Assembly: GCF_009914755.1 (NCBI RefSeq)
Contig: NC_060947.1
Length of the DNA stretch: 64,000 bases
From: the human T2T-CHM13v2.0 reference genome, Homo sapiens
Direction: 5' to 3' (one strand)
In this document: positions 39,296-54,675 of the stretch, piece after piece
Layout: each line of letters starts with the position of its first letter
How positions within the stretch are numbered: the stretch's first letter is position 1
Notes under the pieces: model-generated
The model's database searches: none
What the model saw: the letters and a program-made list of their open reading frames with translations, nothing else
What the model was told of the DNA's origin: nothing
Made by a program: the position numbers and the translations under genes

Positions 39296-42200
39296 AGGGG
39301 GGCAGAGCAAGATGGCAGAATGGAAGCCTACACCATTTATCCCTCCGTCTGGAAATCCAGATTTTAACAACTATCTGCACACAGAAAAGCACCATCACAA
39401 CAATCAAAAATCAAGTAAGTAATCACAGTACCTGGTTTTAACTTCATGTCACCAAAAGAGGCATTGAAGAGGGCAAGAAAGATAGTCTTTGATTGCTGAT
39501 GTCACCCTTCCCTTATCCCCTTGCAGCCATGGAAAGAGAATCTGTGCACTTTGACAAGGGAGAGTGCAGCAACTGAAGAACATCACATTCAACTCAGTGC
39601 TGCCTTGGCACAGCAGAGAATAAGCCATGCTGGGCTCAGTCAAGTCACATGCACAGAGCAAGCATTTGGACCAGTCCTAGCCAGAGGGGATGTCATCTAT
39701 CCCAGGAGTCAGAACTTGGGTTTCTCAGCAAGCCTCGTCATCATGGGCTAAAGTGCTCTGGGGTCCTAGGTAAACTTGAAAGACAGTCTAGGACACAAGG
39801 ACTTCAGTTTCTAGGCAATTCATAGTACTAGGCTAGGCTTAGCACCAGTGAACTAGGGTGGCACATGACCCATGGAGATACTAGCTGGCATGGCTAAAAG
39901 AGTGCCTGTGCCATCCATTCCCCAACTGCGGGCAGCACAGCTCACAGCAATGAAAGTGACTTTTTCCTTCTGCTTAAGGAAATGACAGTGAAGAATAAAG
40001 AAGACTTTGTCTTTTTGACTACCAGCTCAGCCACAGTAGGATAGGGCAACAGGTAGAGTCATGAGGCCCTAGCTCTCAGATCACATTTCTAGACACACTC
40101 TGGGCCAAAAGGAAACCCACTGCCTTGAAGGGAATGACTCAGTTTTGGCAGGATTCATCACCAGCTTACTAAAGAGTCCTTGGGTCCTGAATAACCAGCA
40201 GCCATACTGAGGGAGCATGCCACGCACTTTAAAGCTCTGAGAAGTTCTGGCTTCAGGGGTGACCTAGCACATTCCCAGCTGTGGTGGCTGTGGTTAAAGA
40301 AAGAGTTCTTCTGTTTGAGAAAATCAGAGAGAAAAGTAAAGGGGAATTTGTCTTGCACCCTAGGTACCAGCTTGGCCACCTTGAGGTAAAGCAACAAGCA
40401 GTCTCTTGGGATTCCTGAGTATAGGCCTAGGCTCTTGGACAGCATTTCTGTACCTGCCCTGGCCCAGTGGGGAGCCCATTTCCCTGAAGGGAGAGTTCTA
40501 TGCCTGGCAGCATTCACCAAAAGCTGAAAGAAGGGCCCTTGGGCTTTAACTGAACATTGGTGGTGGCCTGGCAGAACCCCCCAATGGATTGGTAATGGTG
40601 GCCACAGTGAAAAGCTCTTCTGTCTGTGGAAAGGGGAGGGAAGAGTGAGAAGGAATTTCTATTGTTGTTTGAGTGCCAGGTTGGCTGCAATAGAATAGAA
40701 TATTAGGTAAGTTGCTAAGGTCTTTTATTCCAATCCCTGCCTGCCAGACAGCATCTCTGGACACGCCTGGGGCCTGGGGCAGTCCCAGTGTTGGTGACCC
40801 ACAAAGTTACTTGTATCACCAGAGCTTCAGTTCCAGGTGGCTCAGCAGAGAGAAAGAAACTGTTTTGGACAAAGTGAGAAAAAGAACAAGGGTCTCTGCC
40901 TGGTAATCTATATAATTTCTCTAGAACTTATCCAAGACCACTAAAGCAATACTTTTATGAGTCTGCAAGGCCCACAGTACTATCTGGCTTGGGGCTCAAA
41001 TCCCTTTGAATACCTGGAAACCCTTCCAAAAAGCACACGCTCAAATAAGCCCAGACTGTGAAGACTACAATAAATACCTAACTCTTCAATGCCCAGATAC
41101 TAGTGAACATCTACAAGCATCAGAACCATCCAGGAAAACATGACATCACCAAATGAACTATATAAGGCACCATGGACCAGTCCAGGAGAAACAGAGATAT
41201 GGGACCTTTCAAACAGAGAAGTCAAAATATCTATTTTGAGGAAACTCAAATAAATGGAAGATAACACAGAGAAGAAACTCAGAATTCTATCAGATAAATT
41301 TAATGAAGAGATTCAAATAATTTAAAAGAGTCAAGCAGAAATTCTAGAGTTGAAAAATTCAATTGACATACTTAGGAACGCACCAGAGTCTCTGAATAGC
41401 ACAACTGATCAAGCAGAAGACAGAATTAGTGAGACTGAAAACAGGTGCTTTGAAAATACACAGTCAGAGGAGATAAAAGAAAAAAAAGAATAAAAGCAAT
41501 AAAGCATGCCTATAAAATCTAAAAATAAAAAATCCAAAAAGCCTCAAAAGGCAAACATAAGAGTTATTGCCATTAAAGACAAGGTAAAGAAAGAGATAGG
41601 GGTAGAAATTTTATTTAAAGGGACAATATCAGAGAAGTTCCCAAACCCAGAGAAATGTATGAATATCCAAGTAAAAGAAGGTATCCAAGTAAAAGAAGGT
41701 ATCCAAGCAAATGTCTGTGACTGTGGTGTATAAACTACTCTTGTCCTAAGTAGAAAGGCTAAATCATGAACCAATCAAAAATAATAACTACAACAACTTT
41801 AAAGTCATTGACAATATAATGGATGCAAATAGAAATAACAAAAAGTTAAAAAGCAGGGGGACCAAGTTATGACATAGAGTTTTTATTAGTTTTCTTTTTG
41901 CTTGTTTATGCAAATATTGTTAAGTTATCATGTTAAAATAATGGGTTATAATATTTTCAAGGCTCATGTAAACCTCAAATCAATAAACATACAGTAGACA
42001 CACAAAAAATAAAAGGCAAGAAACTAAATTATATCACCCCAGGAAGTCACCTTCCTAAAAAAAGACAGAAAGGAAAGAAAGAAGGAAGAGAAGACCACAA
42101 AACAACCAGAAAACAAATAACAAAATGTCAGGAGTAAGTCCTTACTTACAAATAATACCAATCAATGTAAATGTACTAAACCATCTAATAAAAAGAGATA

Positions 42201-45200
42201 GAGTGGCTGAATGGGTGAAAAAACAAGAACCATTTATCTGTTGCCTACTAGAAATGTACTTCTCACATGAAAACATACATAGACTGGAAATAAAGGATAG
42301 AAAAAGACATTCCATGCCAATGAAAACCAAACAAAGAGCAGGAGTCACTATACATATATAAAACAAAATATATTTAAAGAAAAAAATATAAGAAGAGATG
42401 AAGAAGGTTACTATAAAATGATAAAGGGGTCAATTCAGCAAGAGAATATAACAATTATAAATATATATGCACCCAACACTGGAGTACCCAGATATATAAG
42501 AAAATACTATTATAGCTAAGGAGACACAGGCTCCAATACAATAATAACCGGAGACTTCTACACTCCACCTTCAGCATTGCACAGATCTTCCAGACAGTAA
42601 ATTACCAAAGAAACATTGGCCTGAATCTGTACTATAGATAAAATAGATTTAATAGATATTTACAGAACATTTCATGCAACAGCTGCAGAAAACATATTCT
42701 TTACCTCAGCACATGTATTATTCTCAAGGACACACCACATGTTAGCTCACAAACAAGTCTTAAACATTCCAATTAATTGGAATAATATCGGGTATCTTCT
42801 CTGACCACAGTGGAATAAAACTAGAAATTAATTACAACAGGAACTATGGAAAATATAAAAATACATGGAAATTAAACAATACCCTCCTAAAAAACCAGTC
42901 CTCCATAAAGAAATTAAGAAGAAATGTGAAAAAAATGCCTTGAAACAAATGATAATGGAATTACAACATAGCAAAACTTCTGTGATATAGCAAAAGCAAT
43001 ACTAAGAAGAAAGCTTATAGTTATGAGTGCCTACATCAAAAAAGAAGAAAAGCTTCAAATAAACAGTCTTATGATGCATCTTAAAGAACAAGAAAAGCAA
43101 GAGCAAACCAAGTATAAAATTAGTACAAGAAAAGAAACAATAAAGATTAGATCAGAAATTAATGAAATTGAAATGAAGAAAGCAAACAAAAGATCAATGG
43201 AAAAAAGTTGTTTTTTTTCGAAAAAATAAAATTGACAAACCTGTAACCGAACTAAGAAAAAAAAGAGCTTATACAAATAAATGATATCAGAAATGAAAAA
43301 GGAGCTATTACAACTGATACTGCAAAAATTTAAAGGACAATTAATGGATACTATGAACAACTAAATTTCAATCAATTGGAAAATCTAGAAGAAATGAAAA
43401 ATTTCCAAGTCCACACAATTTATCAAGATTGAACCAGAAAGAAATCCAAAACCTGAACAGATCAATAACAAGTAACAAGATCAAAACCATAATAAAAAGT
43501 TGGCCAGTACAAAAAAGCCTGGGACCCAATGGCTTCACTATTAAATTCTATGAAACATTTAAAGAAGAATGAGTACCAATCCTACTCAAAATATTCTGAA
43601 AAGTAGAGAAGAAAATACTTCCATACTCATTCTATAAGGCCAGTATTACTCTGATACAAAAACCAGGCAAAGATGCATTAAAAAAGAAATACAGGCCAAT
43701 ATCTCTGAAGAAAATTGATGCACAAATTCTAAAACAAAACACTAGCAATGTGTATTCAATAATACACTTAAAAGACTGTGCATCATGACCAAGTGGGATT
43801 TATCCCTGGCATGCAAGGACGGTTCAACATACACAATTAAATGAATGTGATGTATCATATCAACAGAATGAAGGAAAAAATACATGATTAACTCAAATAT
43901 GCTGAAAAAGCATTTGATAAAATTCAACTTCCCTCCAGATAAATAACCTCAAAAAACTGGGGATAGAAGAAACATATCTCAACATAATAAAAGCCATATA
44001 TGACAGACAAACAATGGATCTGGAAAACAACAAGGATGGCCATTTTCACAACTGTTATTCAACATTGTATCAAAAGTCTTAGCTTTAGCAGTCAGACAAG
44101 AGAAACAAAGGGCATCCAAATTGGAATGGAAGAAATCAAATTATTCTTGTTTTCTGATGACATAATCTTATATTTGGAAAAAAACAAAAGATTCAATGAA
44201 AAAAATTAGTAAGCAAATTCAATAAAGTTGCAGGATACAAAATCAACATACAAAAATTAGTATCATTTCTATATGGTGACAGTGAACAATCTGAAAAAGA
44301 AAAATATAATCTAATTCACAATAGCCACAAATATAATTATACCCTTAGAAATTACTTTAACTAAAGAATTGAAAGATCTCTATAATGGAAACTGTAAAAC
44401 TATAAATCACTTATGACAAAAATGAAGAAAATACAAAAAAATGGAAAGATAATTCATGTTCATGGATCGAGTGAATCAATATTGTCAAATATCCACACTA
44501 CCTAAAGCAATATACAGATTCTATGCAATCTCCTTCAAAATACCAATGATATTCATTACTGAAATAGAAAAAAATGCTAAAATTTATATGAAACCTCAAA
44601 AGACCTGGAATAGTCAAAGCTATCCTAAGCAAAAAGAATAAAACTGGAGAAATCACATTACCTGACTTCAAATTATATGAAAGAGGTATAGTAACCAAAA
44701 CAGCATGGTACTTCCATAAAAACAGACACACAGACCAATGGAACAGAATGGAGAACTCAGAAAAAAATTTACACACCTACAGTGAAGTAATTTTTGATAA
44801 GGGTGCCAAGAACATATACTGGGAAAAAGAATCTCTTCAATAAATGGTGCTGGGTAAGCTGAATATTTATATGCAGAAGAGTAAAACTGGATCTTTATCT
44901 GTTGTTGCATACAGAAATCAAATCAAAATGGATTAAAGACTTAAATCTAAGACTTTAAATTATGAAACTTCTACAGGATGTAATTGGAGAAAATCTCCAG
45001 GATATTTTCCAGGGCAAATTCTTCTCCAGGGCAAAGATTTCTTAAGAAATACCCCACAAGAACAGGCAACCAATGCAAAAATGGATAAATAGGATCACAT
45101 GAAGTTATTATAAAAATCCTCTGCACATTAAAGAAAACAATCAACAAAATAAAAAGACAATCCACAGAATGGAAGAAAATATTTGCAAACTACCCATCTG

Positions 45201-46246
45201 ACTAGGGATGAATAACGAGAATATATAAAGACCTCAACTAATGCTATAGGAAAAATTCTAATAATCTGATTTAAGATGGGCAAAATATTTAAATAGACAT
45301 TTCTCAAAATAAGATATACAAATGGCAAACAGGCATATGAAAAGGTGATCATCAGAGAAATGCAAATCCAACCTGCAATGAGATATCGTTTCATGCAGTT
45401 AAAATGGCTTATATCCAAAAGTCAGGCAACAACAAATGCTTGTGATGTTGTGGAGAAAAAGGAAGGCCCATATAGTGTTGATGGAAATGTAAATTAGTAC
45501 GACTACTATAAAGAACAGTTTACAGGGTCCTCAAAAAGCTAAAAATACAGCTACTATATGATCCAGCAATCACAGACTGGGTATATACCCCAAAGAAAGG
45601 AAATCAGTGTATTGAAGAGATACCTGCACTTCCATATTTGTTACAGCACTATTCACAATACCCAAGATTTGGATGCAACCTGAGTGTCCATCAACAGATA
45701 AGTGGGTAAAGAAAATGTAGTACTTATACACAATGGAGTATTATTCAGCCATCAAAAAGAATGAGACCTAGTCATTTGCAACAACATGGCTGGAACTGGA
45801 AGTCATTATGTTAAGTGAAATAAGCCAGGCACAGACAGACAGACAAACATCGCATGTTGTCACTCATTTGTGGGATCTAAAAATCAAAACAATTGAACTC
45901 ATGGAAATAGAGAATAGAAGAATGGTTACTAGTGGCTGGGAAGGATAGTGAGGGATCATTGGAGAGGAGGGGATAGTTAATGGGTACAAAATTAGAAAGA
46001 ATGAATAAGATCTAGTATGTAACAGCATAACAGGGGGACTATAGTCAATAATATTTTAATTGTACATTTAACATAACTAAAAGAATACAATTGGATTGTT
46101 TGTAACACAAAGGATATGTGCTTGAGGGAATGGATACTCAATTTTCCATGATGAGATTATTACACATTGCATTACTCTACCAAAATATCTCATATGCCCC
46201 ATAAATATGTACATCTACAGTGTACTCATAAAAATTATAAAATTAC
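39296..46246 (+). mobile_element. Near full-length L1MA (about 7 kb) with an ORF1 deletion
   Basis: ggggggcagagcaagatggc 5' end, long 5'UTR, decayed ORF1/ORF2 and L1MA 3' end. TSD-like aaaaatccatccctg / aaaaatccagcctg. Confidence 0.9.
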
Positions 46247-46369
46247 AAAAAATCCAGCCTGTATCTTATACTCATTGATAGTAGCAGCTGAATATTTTGT
46301 TTATAACATCACAAATGGTGTTACCACATAAAGTTGAAGATAATTAAATTTAAATTTCAGATAAACAAC

Positions 46370-46648
<279 letters not shown>

Positions 46649-47289
46649 AACAACTATTTTGTTTTTTTTCTTTCCTAAGTTCATTCCAAACGTTATATAA
46701 AATATAGATATACTAAAATACTGTTCTTTTTTTCCTAAAATTCAAATTTGACTAAACATCCTGATTTTGATTTGCTAATTTTCAGCATCCTGATTATATT
46801 TTCATATTTTTCTGAGACTAAGATACCAAAACTATTGTCCATTGATCTTGATGCATGTCCATGACTGATATTACATGGAATGATAAAACATGATAATAAA
46901 AATAGCCAGGATGTATTAGAAATATTTTATGTTGCTCAAATTCAATCACAAATGCCCTGTGTAATATGCCCCATAAAGAGTCATCTGTCTTATTACTAGA
47001 CACTTTCAATGGCAAGAAATTGCCACTTTCTTAAACACAGTGCAATTGATGCTTGAATTGATAATTTAGTAAATTATTTGTTGAACTAAACAAATTCTTT
47101 TTGTGAAGATTTCTCATATTCATCTTAGTCTTAGAGGCCACTAAGAAAAAGATAAATCCCTTTTCCATGTGTCAACACTTCAAATTTCTGACTATAGTGG
47201 TCAAATCTTGGTATAAGTTTTGCTCTTCAATAAATATTTTCAGTTCCTTCAACTGTCTTCTATAAACTATTACTTCAAGTCATCTCATA

Positions 47290-50040
47290 CACTAGCAAAT
47301 ACTTATTTTGTACCTTCTGTGTATCAGGCACTGTGCTCAGTGAAATGACACTGTAGTGAAGAGTATAAAATTTTCCACCTCTCAGGACACTTTTAGTCTA
47401 ATGGGGGAGGATGTGTAAGAGGACAAACATATACAAAGCTTTGTAACAACTCCTATAATAAAATTATGAATGAGATCATTAAAGAACATAAAGGAAGGAG
47501 AATCTAAATCTACCTGGAAGACACAAGGGAGAGGGAGTGTGAGGGAAAATGTTCAGAGAAGGATTAGTGTGTTACGACTGAGAAGTGTTTTAAATGTTCC
47601 ATGGGAATTTTTCATTTGAACAAGGGGACAGAGAGCAGAGATTGCTAAATTCAACTGGTATTTTAAAATCCTTATGCTGTGTGACCTCTCTGCTACATCA
47701 GAGAAGTTGATTACTTCCTTCTTGAAGCACTAAGTTTCTATTACATCACACTCTGCTCTAACCATTCTTTCTCCCTTTCAAGGGCTCCTTCTGGTTCTGC
47801 CTCTTTTCCTTCATTGTTGTTCTGTATGGCTCTGTCCCATATACACGGCTTTTCTCATTTTATGAGAAAATGAGAAATTTCATTTACTTTAGCAATTTAA
47901 TTTACTTTTGTGATATTTATTGTTACCTTAAATGTTGATAACTTTGGAACATATATCTCCATCCCAGACTAAGCTTTATACATATGTGTAAAATGCCTTC
48001 TTGACATTTTTACCTAGATGGTCCACAATCACCTTAAACTCAATATGTCCAAACCAAAGTCCTTATCCCATGTTCATTACTGACATGGAACTAGCTCTAC
48101 CTACAGAATCATCTACATTAGAAATGTGGGGGAATTTCTGACTTTGCTTTATTTTTCTATACATACACCACCAAATCCTACATATTCATTTGCCTCTTTC
48201 TCTCTTTCAAATCTGTCTTATATAACTGCCCTAAGTTCAGGATCTCATCATCTATACCTTGGACTTACACAGCCAAGCCTTAACTCACCTTCCTGACTCT
48301 AGTTATTTTCATCACTCATCAACTCTTCTCACAGTTACCAAAATGATCTATATCAAATACCAGTCAGGGAACTTGACTTCTGGCACAATGGCATTAGGAG
48401 TTCCACAGATACAGTCCCCAGTGAACCTGGAGAAAACTAAAAACAAACAATCAGAAACATTTAACATCTCTGGAAATGTTCCTAAAGGCAAATAGCAAAT
48501 GAAGAAAAATCTGTTCTAGAATATACATGAAAATTCAGAAATAAAGGCCAGAGACTGTGATATTTGATCCAAAACCACTTCTTCCCCCACCCCAGCCTAG
48601 CAAGACAGAAACTTCACTCAGACTGCTTCGGCTAAGAACACTGGACTCCCTGTCCCCACAATGCCTAGAGGTAGTAACAGGCCATAAAATAGATAGCTCC
48701 TAATTTCTGCCCAAAGAAACCATCTTTATCTGTAAAGGAGAATAAAGTTGTAGCCTAAACCCTCTTTAAAAATTAAGGGGTTTATTTTTGAGGTAACTAA
48801 ACTGTTCTAAAATTGACTATCATGATGGTTGCACATATCTGTGAACATACTAAAAAACAATGAACTGTATACTTTAAATGTGTAAAGTATGTAGTCTGTG
48901 AATTATACCTCACTAAAGCTGTTAAAAATAATGCTAAAATATAAAACACCATTATCAAAGACCACTATATTTTTTAAGAAATGATAATCAGATAATTTTA
49001 TTTTTGTTACGAAAATTATTTCATGGCTCTTTGATGCTCACAGAATAATATCCAAGTTTCTTACCATGATCCTTGTAAGATAGCTCCTTCCTGCCTCTGC
49101 AGTCTTAGCTAATGTCAGCTTTCTATCTCTCACTCTGCCATATATCAATATCAAACGCTTTGTGTTTCCTACATTTACCTTTCTATTCATTACCTTCATA
49201 ACTTTGCTCATGCTCTATACTCTCTATCAGAAATTATTTGGTTAATACTTATTTACTCCAAGTTCAGGTCTCATTTCCTCCAAGATAATTTTCTACCCTG
49301 TATGTAGTCCTACTGACTTATGGTAGTCTTCTCCTCTGAACCTTCGTAAAAGTCTCCATCTTTACATCATACGTATTATAATAATTTACATGGCTTTTTC
49401 TTCCACAAAACTGAGAGAATTAAGGGCAAAAATGAGTTTTTATCTCTAATACATAGCCCAATGTCCAATATTGTATTTGTTGTAGGTGTAAATACCAGTA
49501 AATGCAAAAGCACGAGGAAAGCACGAGGGAAACTATAATTAAACTGAATAAGAAATAATATACTAAAGTGTCAAATTCAGGCAGTGCTAAGTGGAGATGA
49601 AGAGAATAGAGGGGTTGAAGAAAGATTCAAGAGTAGAAATGGCAAAATGTAATGATAAATGTTGGTTGTGTGGAGTAAGGTTAAAGGAATCAAGTCTGGT
49701 TCCCAGGTTTCTGGTTAAAGCATGTGGGAGCCATACTCAGATAATAAAAATATCAATGGAAAAATAGATTTCATTGTGTGAGCATCGATGTGGTAGTAGA
49801 TGGTAGCATAAGCGGTGGAGATAATAATTTTAATTTTTGATTTCTTGAATTTGAGATGTCAAGTGCACAACAGACTAGAGACAACCAGTAAGCAGTTGGA
49901 AATGGAGAAATATAGATGTGAGAACTAGAGAAAAATTGTGGCTGCTGATATACATTTGAGAATTATTAATTTCCAGATGGGATTGCAATTGTTGCCTTAA
50001 GGTGTAGATTTAGAAGGAAATGCTCACTTAGAGGGAAGGG
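47290..50040. mobile_element. Cluster of L2 fragments on both strands, with old L1M pieces at about 48365-48930
   Basis: L2 motifs such as aggcactgtgct, ttgacatttttacctagatg...aaactcaatatgtccaaacc and tcccaggtttctgg...aagcagttgga. Confidence 0.6.
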
Positions 50041-50059
50041 CCCAGAATTTAACACAATA

Positions 50060-50950
50060 CTCTGGATGTCCTCTGTGAAGCACAAGAAACTAATGAGACT
50101 ATGGACCTATCACATCCTTCCATTCAGACACTATATTTTTATTAATATAACTTAGGGTTACATTAGCTTTCTTAGCAGATACATTATAGAACTGACTGAT
50201 AATGATCAGTGAAAATGTTTAAGTCTTTTACTTATAGTGGTTGTATTCTCAAACTGTTACATATGCAGTTGGTTTTCTGGACATAAGTATATAACCTGGC
50301 ATTTATCCACATTTAATTATATCTTGTTATCATTGGCCATCATCCCTCTAGCACATTCAGATCTCACCAAACCTCATTATGCCCTTTAATGTATTTACTA
50401 TTCTTCCTAATTCCTTCACACATATAGATTATATGATTATGTCATTCACACAACACAAGAATTTAACAAATTGTTGGGAGGATGAGGCTGAGGACAGATT
50501 CTTCACTAAAAATTTTTCTTCAGAATAGCAACATATTAATCAGCCTCTTTGGTTGGGGCCACTTCAGCAGTTAACAATTCTCCCAACTGTACTAGCAACT
50601 AGCCACATTTCTCCATTTGTCCACATATATCTCATTACCTACCTAATCAAATATCATTGATACAGTTTGGATTCACTTATTTAATGAATTCCCATGATAT
50701 ATCATTCGAGTTAACTTTAGTAGACAAGGTAACTAGTTATCTTGTCAAAAAGCACATTAGTTTATCTTGGTATCATTTATTTTTAGTAGGCTCAAATCAG
50801 ATAGATACCAGTGACAACTGCATCTCGTGGCTCACTATGCTTTTAATAAAGTATTCTAGAATTTGGCTCAGGATCAATGTCAGGCTCACTGTTTTTTGTT
50901 AAAAATTGGATGCTTTTAGCTCATCTATAATTTTCTATCACCCAATTTAT
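50060..50950 (-). mobile_element. L3/CR1 LINE fragment, probably continuing at about 51440-51630
   Basis: acattagctttcttagcag...tgcagttggttttc...catttatccacatttaattatatcttgtta matches L3 text as I recall it. Confidence 0.6.
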
Positions 50951-51645
50951 AAGAGGGAGATATTAAAGCATTTAATTCTATTAAACATGTTCATAAAAAC
51001 CATTGCATACACAGGAGATTAATAAAGGCTTCAATATGGCAATGTTAATAAAAAAAGTAGATAGTTATGGTTGCCTTCAGGATTATTAAGCAATGTCATA
51101 TCTGTCTATGCCCTGAAGATCTTATTCATTTGAGCCTGGAGGCTGGAAAGTCAGTCATGTTGAACAGTCCTAGGATCATGGAACCTGGGAGGGCAGGAAC
51201 ATTGCAAAGTAGTGGGGCTACAGAGTTTCTGCAGGGTAGCTTGAGGAGAAAGGGGGAAAGACAATGCCAATGATGGGTTTCATCATTGGCATTCATCCCC
51301 TTTGGTTGCAGGTTCCCAAGTGGACAGTGAGAAACACCACTTACTGTGATTTCCCGGGACTTAAATTATATGTTGCCTGGTGAATTGGATACTGAATGAA
51401 GAAAATGTGGACCAGTTTTATAAGTTATGTGCTCTCTAGCTCTGCACCAAGTTCAAGTTCCTTGTAGCCATCTTAGTTTTCTCCTTTTCTATGCGAAAAT
51501 AATTCTCCTTGACAGAGAACATAAGAGTCAAGAGTTAAATAACTAATTTCCCTCTATTATTTATAAACATTACCTGATCTACCTCAAACGGCAAGCAAAT
51601 ATCTTTCTTAGCCATCTTATTATTCTGTACATAGCTTTAATAGAA

Positions 51646-51752
51646 TTATCAACTCATCCCAGTTTGCCCAAAACTATCTCAGTTTTACCACTGAAAGTCT
51701 CATGTTATGAGAAACCTCTCAGTCTTGGGACAACTGAGATGGTTGGTCACCA
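51646..51752. mobile_element. MER81-like hAT MITE
   Basis: Imperfect terminal inverted repeats caactcatcccagtttgccc ... gggacaactgagatggttggtcacc. Confidence 0.6.
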
Positions 51753-52052
51753 TACCTTTAAAAGTTCTTATGGATATTCCTAGGATTTGTTGCAGACCTC
51801 AGATAATTTGGGGAATTAGCCTCCCAGAGAATATTTTTATTGGCCTATGCTTCTCTCTCCTATGTGGTTTTGCCACATCCTTCATGCAGCATCCTAGAGA
51901 ATACACTCATTTCTTTAGTTCTTGTCTCCATTTACCATCATTGGAATCAAATTTATAAAGAGTTTTCCCTTGCAGGAACTCTGTCTTACAAAGTTAAATT
52001 AATCCTCTAGCACTTTGGCATCATATTGTAAACATAATACAAGGAACATAAC

Positions 52053-52490
52053 TATATTAATTTTCTAGGGCTATCACAGCCAACTGAGGGGCTTAGAGCA
52101 ACAGAAATATATTCTCTCACAGTTCTGGAGGCTGCAAGTTCAAAACAAAGGTGTCAGCATGGCCATGTTCCCTCCAAAGTCTCTAGGGAAGAATCCTTCC
52201 TTGCCTTTTCTAGCTTCTGGTATTTGCTGGCAAACTTTGGCATTCCTTGATGTATGGCAGCATAGTTGCAGTCTCTGCAGCCTTCTTAATATGGCCATCT
52301 TCCTTCTGTGTGTTTGTGTCCAAACTTCCCTTTTCTTATAAGAACTCCAAGCATCAGATTAGGGCTCATCCTAACACAGCAAAACCTCATATTAATTTGA
52401 TTGTATCTGCAAAGACTCTATTTCTAAATAAGGTCACATGCACAGGTTCCAGGTGAACATTAATTTTAGGTAAACATTATATAACCTAGT
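52053..52490 (-). mobile_element. MLT1 (B/C-like) LTR
   Basis: attctctcacagttctggaggc...aaggtgtcagc...tctgcaaagactctatttctaaataaggtcaca. Confidence 0.82.
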
Positions 52491-53732
52491 ATAATAAGCT
52501 GTAGTAATTTAAACAATAAATCTACAATTAATAAAAGAATGTCCAATTCAGTTTTCATGTATTTCATTCAATAGTTCTATATTTATTCTTATTTATACCA
52601 CTTAATCATAGTCATGATTACATTTCTCAACTGTCTCTCTATTATTATGGCAGATATAGCCTTGGATCTTGAAAATTCTACTTAACTTCTATGATTATTA
52701 GTCAAGTGGGATATTATGTCAGCTAAATGTTTCTGAAAATGTTGTATAAATTCAACTTCTGCAGTGTTGTACCTGGGATTCTAAATATATTCTAAATATA
52801 GAACTCTTGAGTTAGCTGGATACATAGGCTTTTGATTGATTCCCTTGGACTATGAATTATAAATATATTTCATCACACATATCATAAATGAAAAAAAATT
52901 CTTAATTCTTCCGCTCCACCCTCTCCCAGTCCACCTTCAAAACAACATGTTATTCCTACATGGATTGGTATGTCACGAAAATAGATTGCATTATTTCCCT
53001 AGGCCAAGGCCAAACAGTGAATCTGTGGTCCGCTTAGTCTTGTTCTCATATTCAGAATATCAGGTATTCTGTGATAGTTCTAATTTACAATTTATTCATT
53101 TTTACATTTCTTTCTGCCACTCATTCAAATAATAATACACTGAAGTAAACCATATTGATTGGAAGCAAACAACTTCATATAAAAAAGCTACTTCTACTGG
53201 TTAAATTAAATTTTGTTTTCTACAAAATAAAATTTTCAGAAGACATTTAGAGGCTCCCAAACCTGGCTGTTTCTATAATTTTCATTTTGTATGGAAAATA
53301 AACATAGATTTTTATTTCCAGCTCATCTCCTCACCTTTTTGTCCTTTCTTCCCAGTAAGTTGTATTTTGATTAATTGACTTGGCCACAACAAAAGTTATA
53401 ATCTGGCTAACCAAAAACAATGCTCAATACAAAGCAATGGGTTTGGGCTGTTATGGCACAGATCAATGTTTTATGAATTGAATCTTTAAAGGTTGTAAAA
53501 ATCTTTAAATCTTTATCTTTACATGATAGATACAATTAATAGTTCACAATAGATGGCAGGAAGTTAATCGGTTTTGCAACCTAAATTTGTATTACCATGT
53601 TTTGTGTTTGCTGAATGACTACACAGAAAATACTCCTCTGGCTTGAACCTTATAGTTCCTACAGTAATATCCTGTTGCTTCTTCCCCTCTTCTAACCTTT
53701 AGTCTGGCAATGGAATATGGAAGGCTTGGCTT

Positions 53733-53794
53733 TTAGTCTGGTTCTAGTCTGTTTCTAATCTAGTTCTAGTCTGTTTCTAATCTAGTTCTAGTCT
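53733..53794. repeat. 11-bp-unit minisatellite (tctagtctgtt / tctaatctagt)
   Basis: Read directly; 22-bp higher-order unit. Confidence 0.85.
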
Positions 53795-54079
53795 TGTCAA
53801 TCCTCACCTTGGGTTGTTTTATTCAAGCCTCAGTTTTCAAAATAGAAAAATGTTGGTAAAATCCCCTACTCTATTTTCCTCAACAAATAAAGTGTATAGT
53901 TGAGAATTTCCTAAACAAGCAATGAAATTAATGATAGAAACCTTCCCAGTGCTTCGGGGAGGTTATAAACAAAAGATATCTAGAACTGTGCGTATTACTT
54001 AATAGTATATACACATGGGCCAGGACTACTTACAGGGGAAAAAGATTTCTACCTCATGGGAAGATTGGACTAACTGAGA

Positions 54080-54310
54080 ATAGAAATCCAGGCTGACTGC
54101 CTGGATTCTAAATCCTGTTCTACCACTTACAAGCTGTATGAATTTTGACAAGTAATTTAAGTCCCCTGTACTTCAATTTCCTCATCTTTAGAAAAAAATA
54201 GTGGAAATTATAGACCCTAATGCATATTTTTGTTGTTACTATTAAATGCTAAACTATAGATAAAGCATTTGAAACAGCATCAGCATAATGAAAGCAATCA
54301 ATAAATGTTA
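54080..54310 (+). mobile_element. MIR
   Basis: gcctggattctaaatcc...gctgtatga...tttcctcatc...caataaatgtta. Confidence 0.78.
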
Positions 54311-54675
54311 AAGAGTCATAGCACTGGTGGTGGTATTAATAATGGAAGTAGTAGTTGTAGTAGTAGCAATAATACAAATATTAATAATAGCAGTAGTAGT
54401 ATAGTATCTTTAGAATTATTGGCCTAAGTGTGCTTCAGCTATGAATAGAAAATTAAGGGGTATTACCTAGTAATTCTTTGTTAATAATTAGGATACTAGT
54501 TTTAACCCAAACATCTTCCTATGTAACTCCAGAGATTGTTATTTCTCATCTTTCTAAGGTAAGCAGGGAGAGAACTGAAAGGAACCAGATACATGCCATG
54601 GTAGAGTTTCAGGTCTCTATTTCATTTTTGTATTGTTGGTTATCATTCTTGTGGTTGCTTTTGTGGATAAAATTA

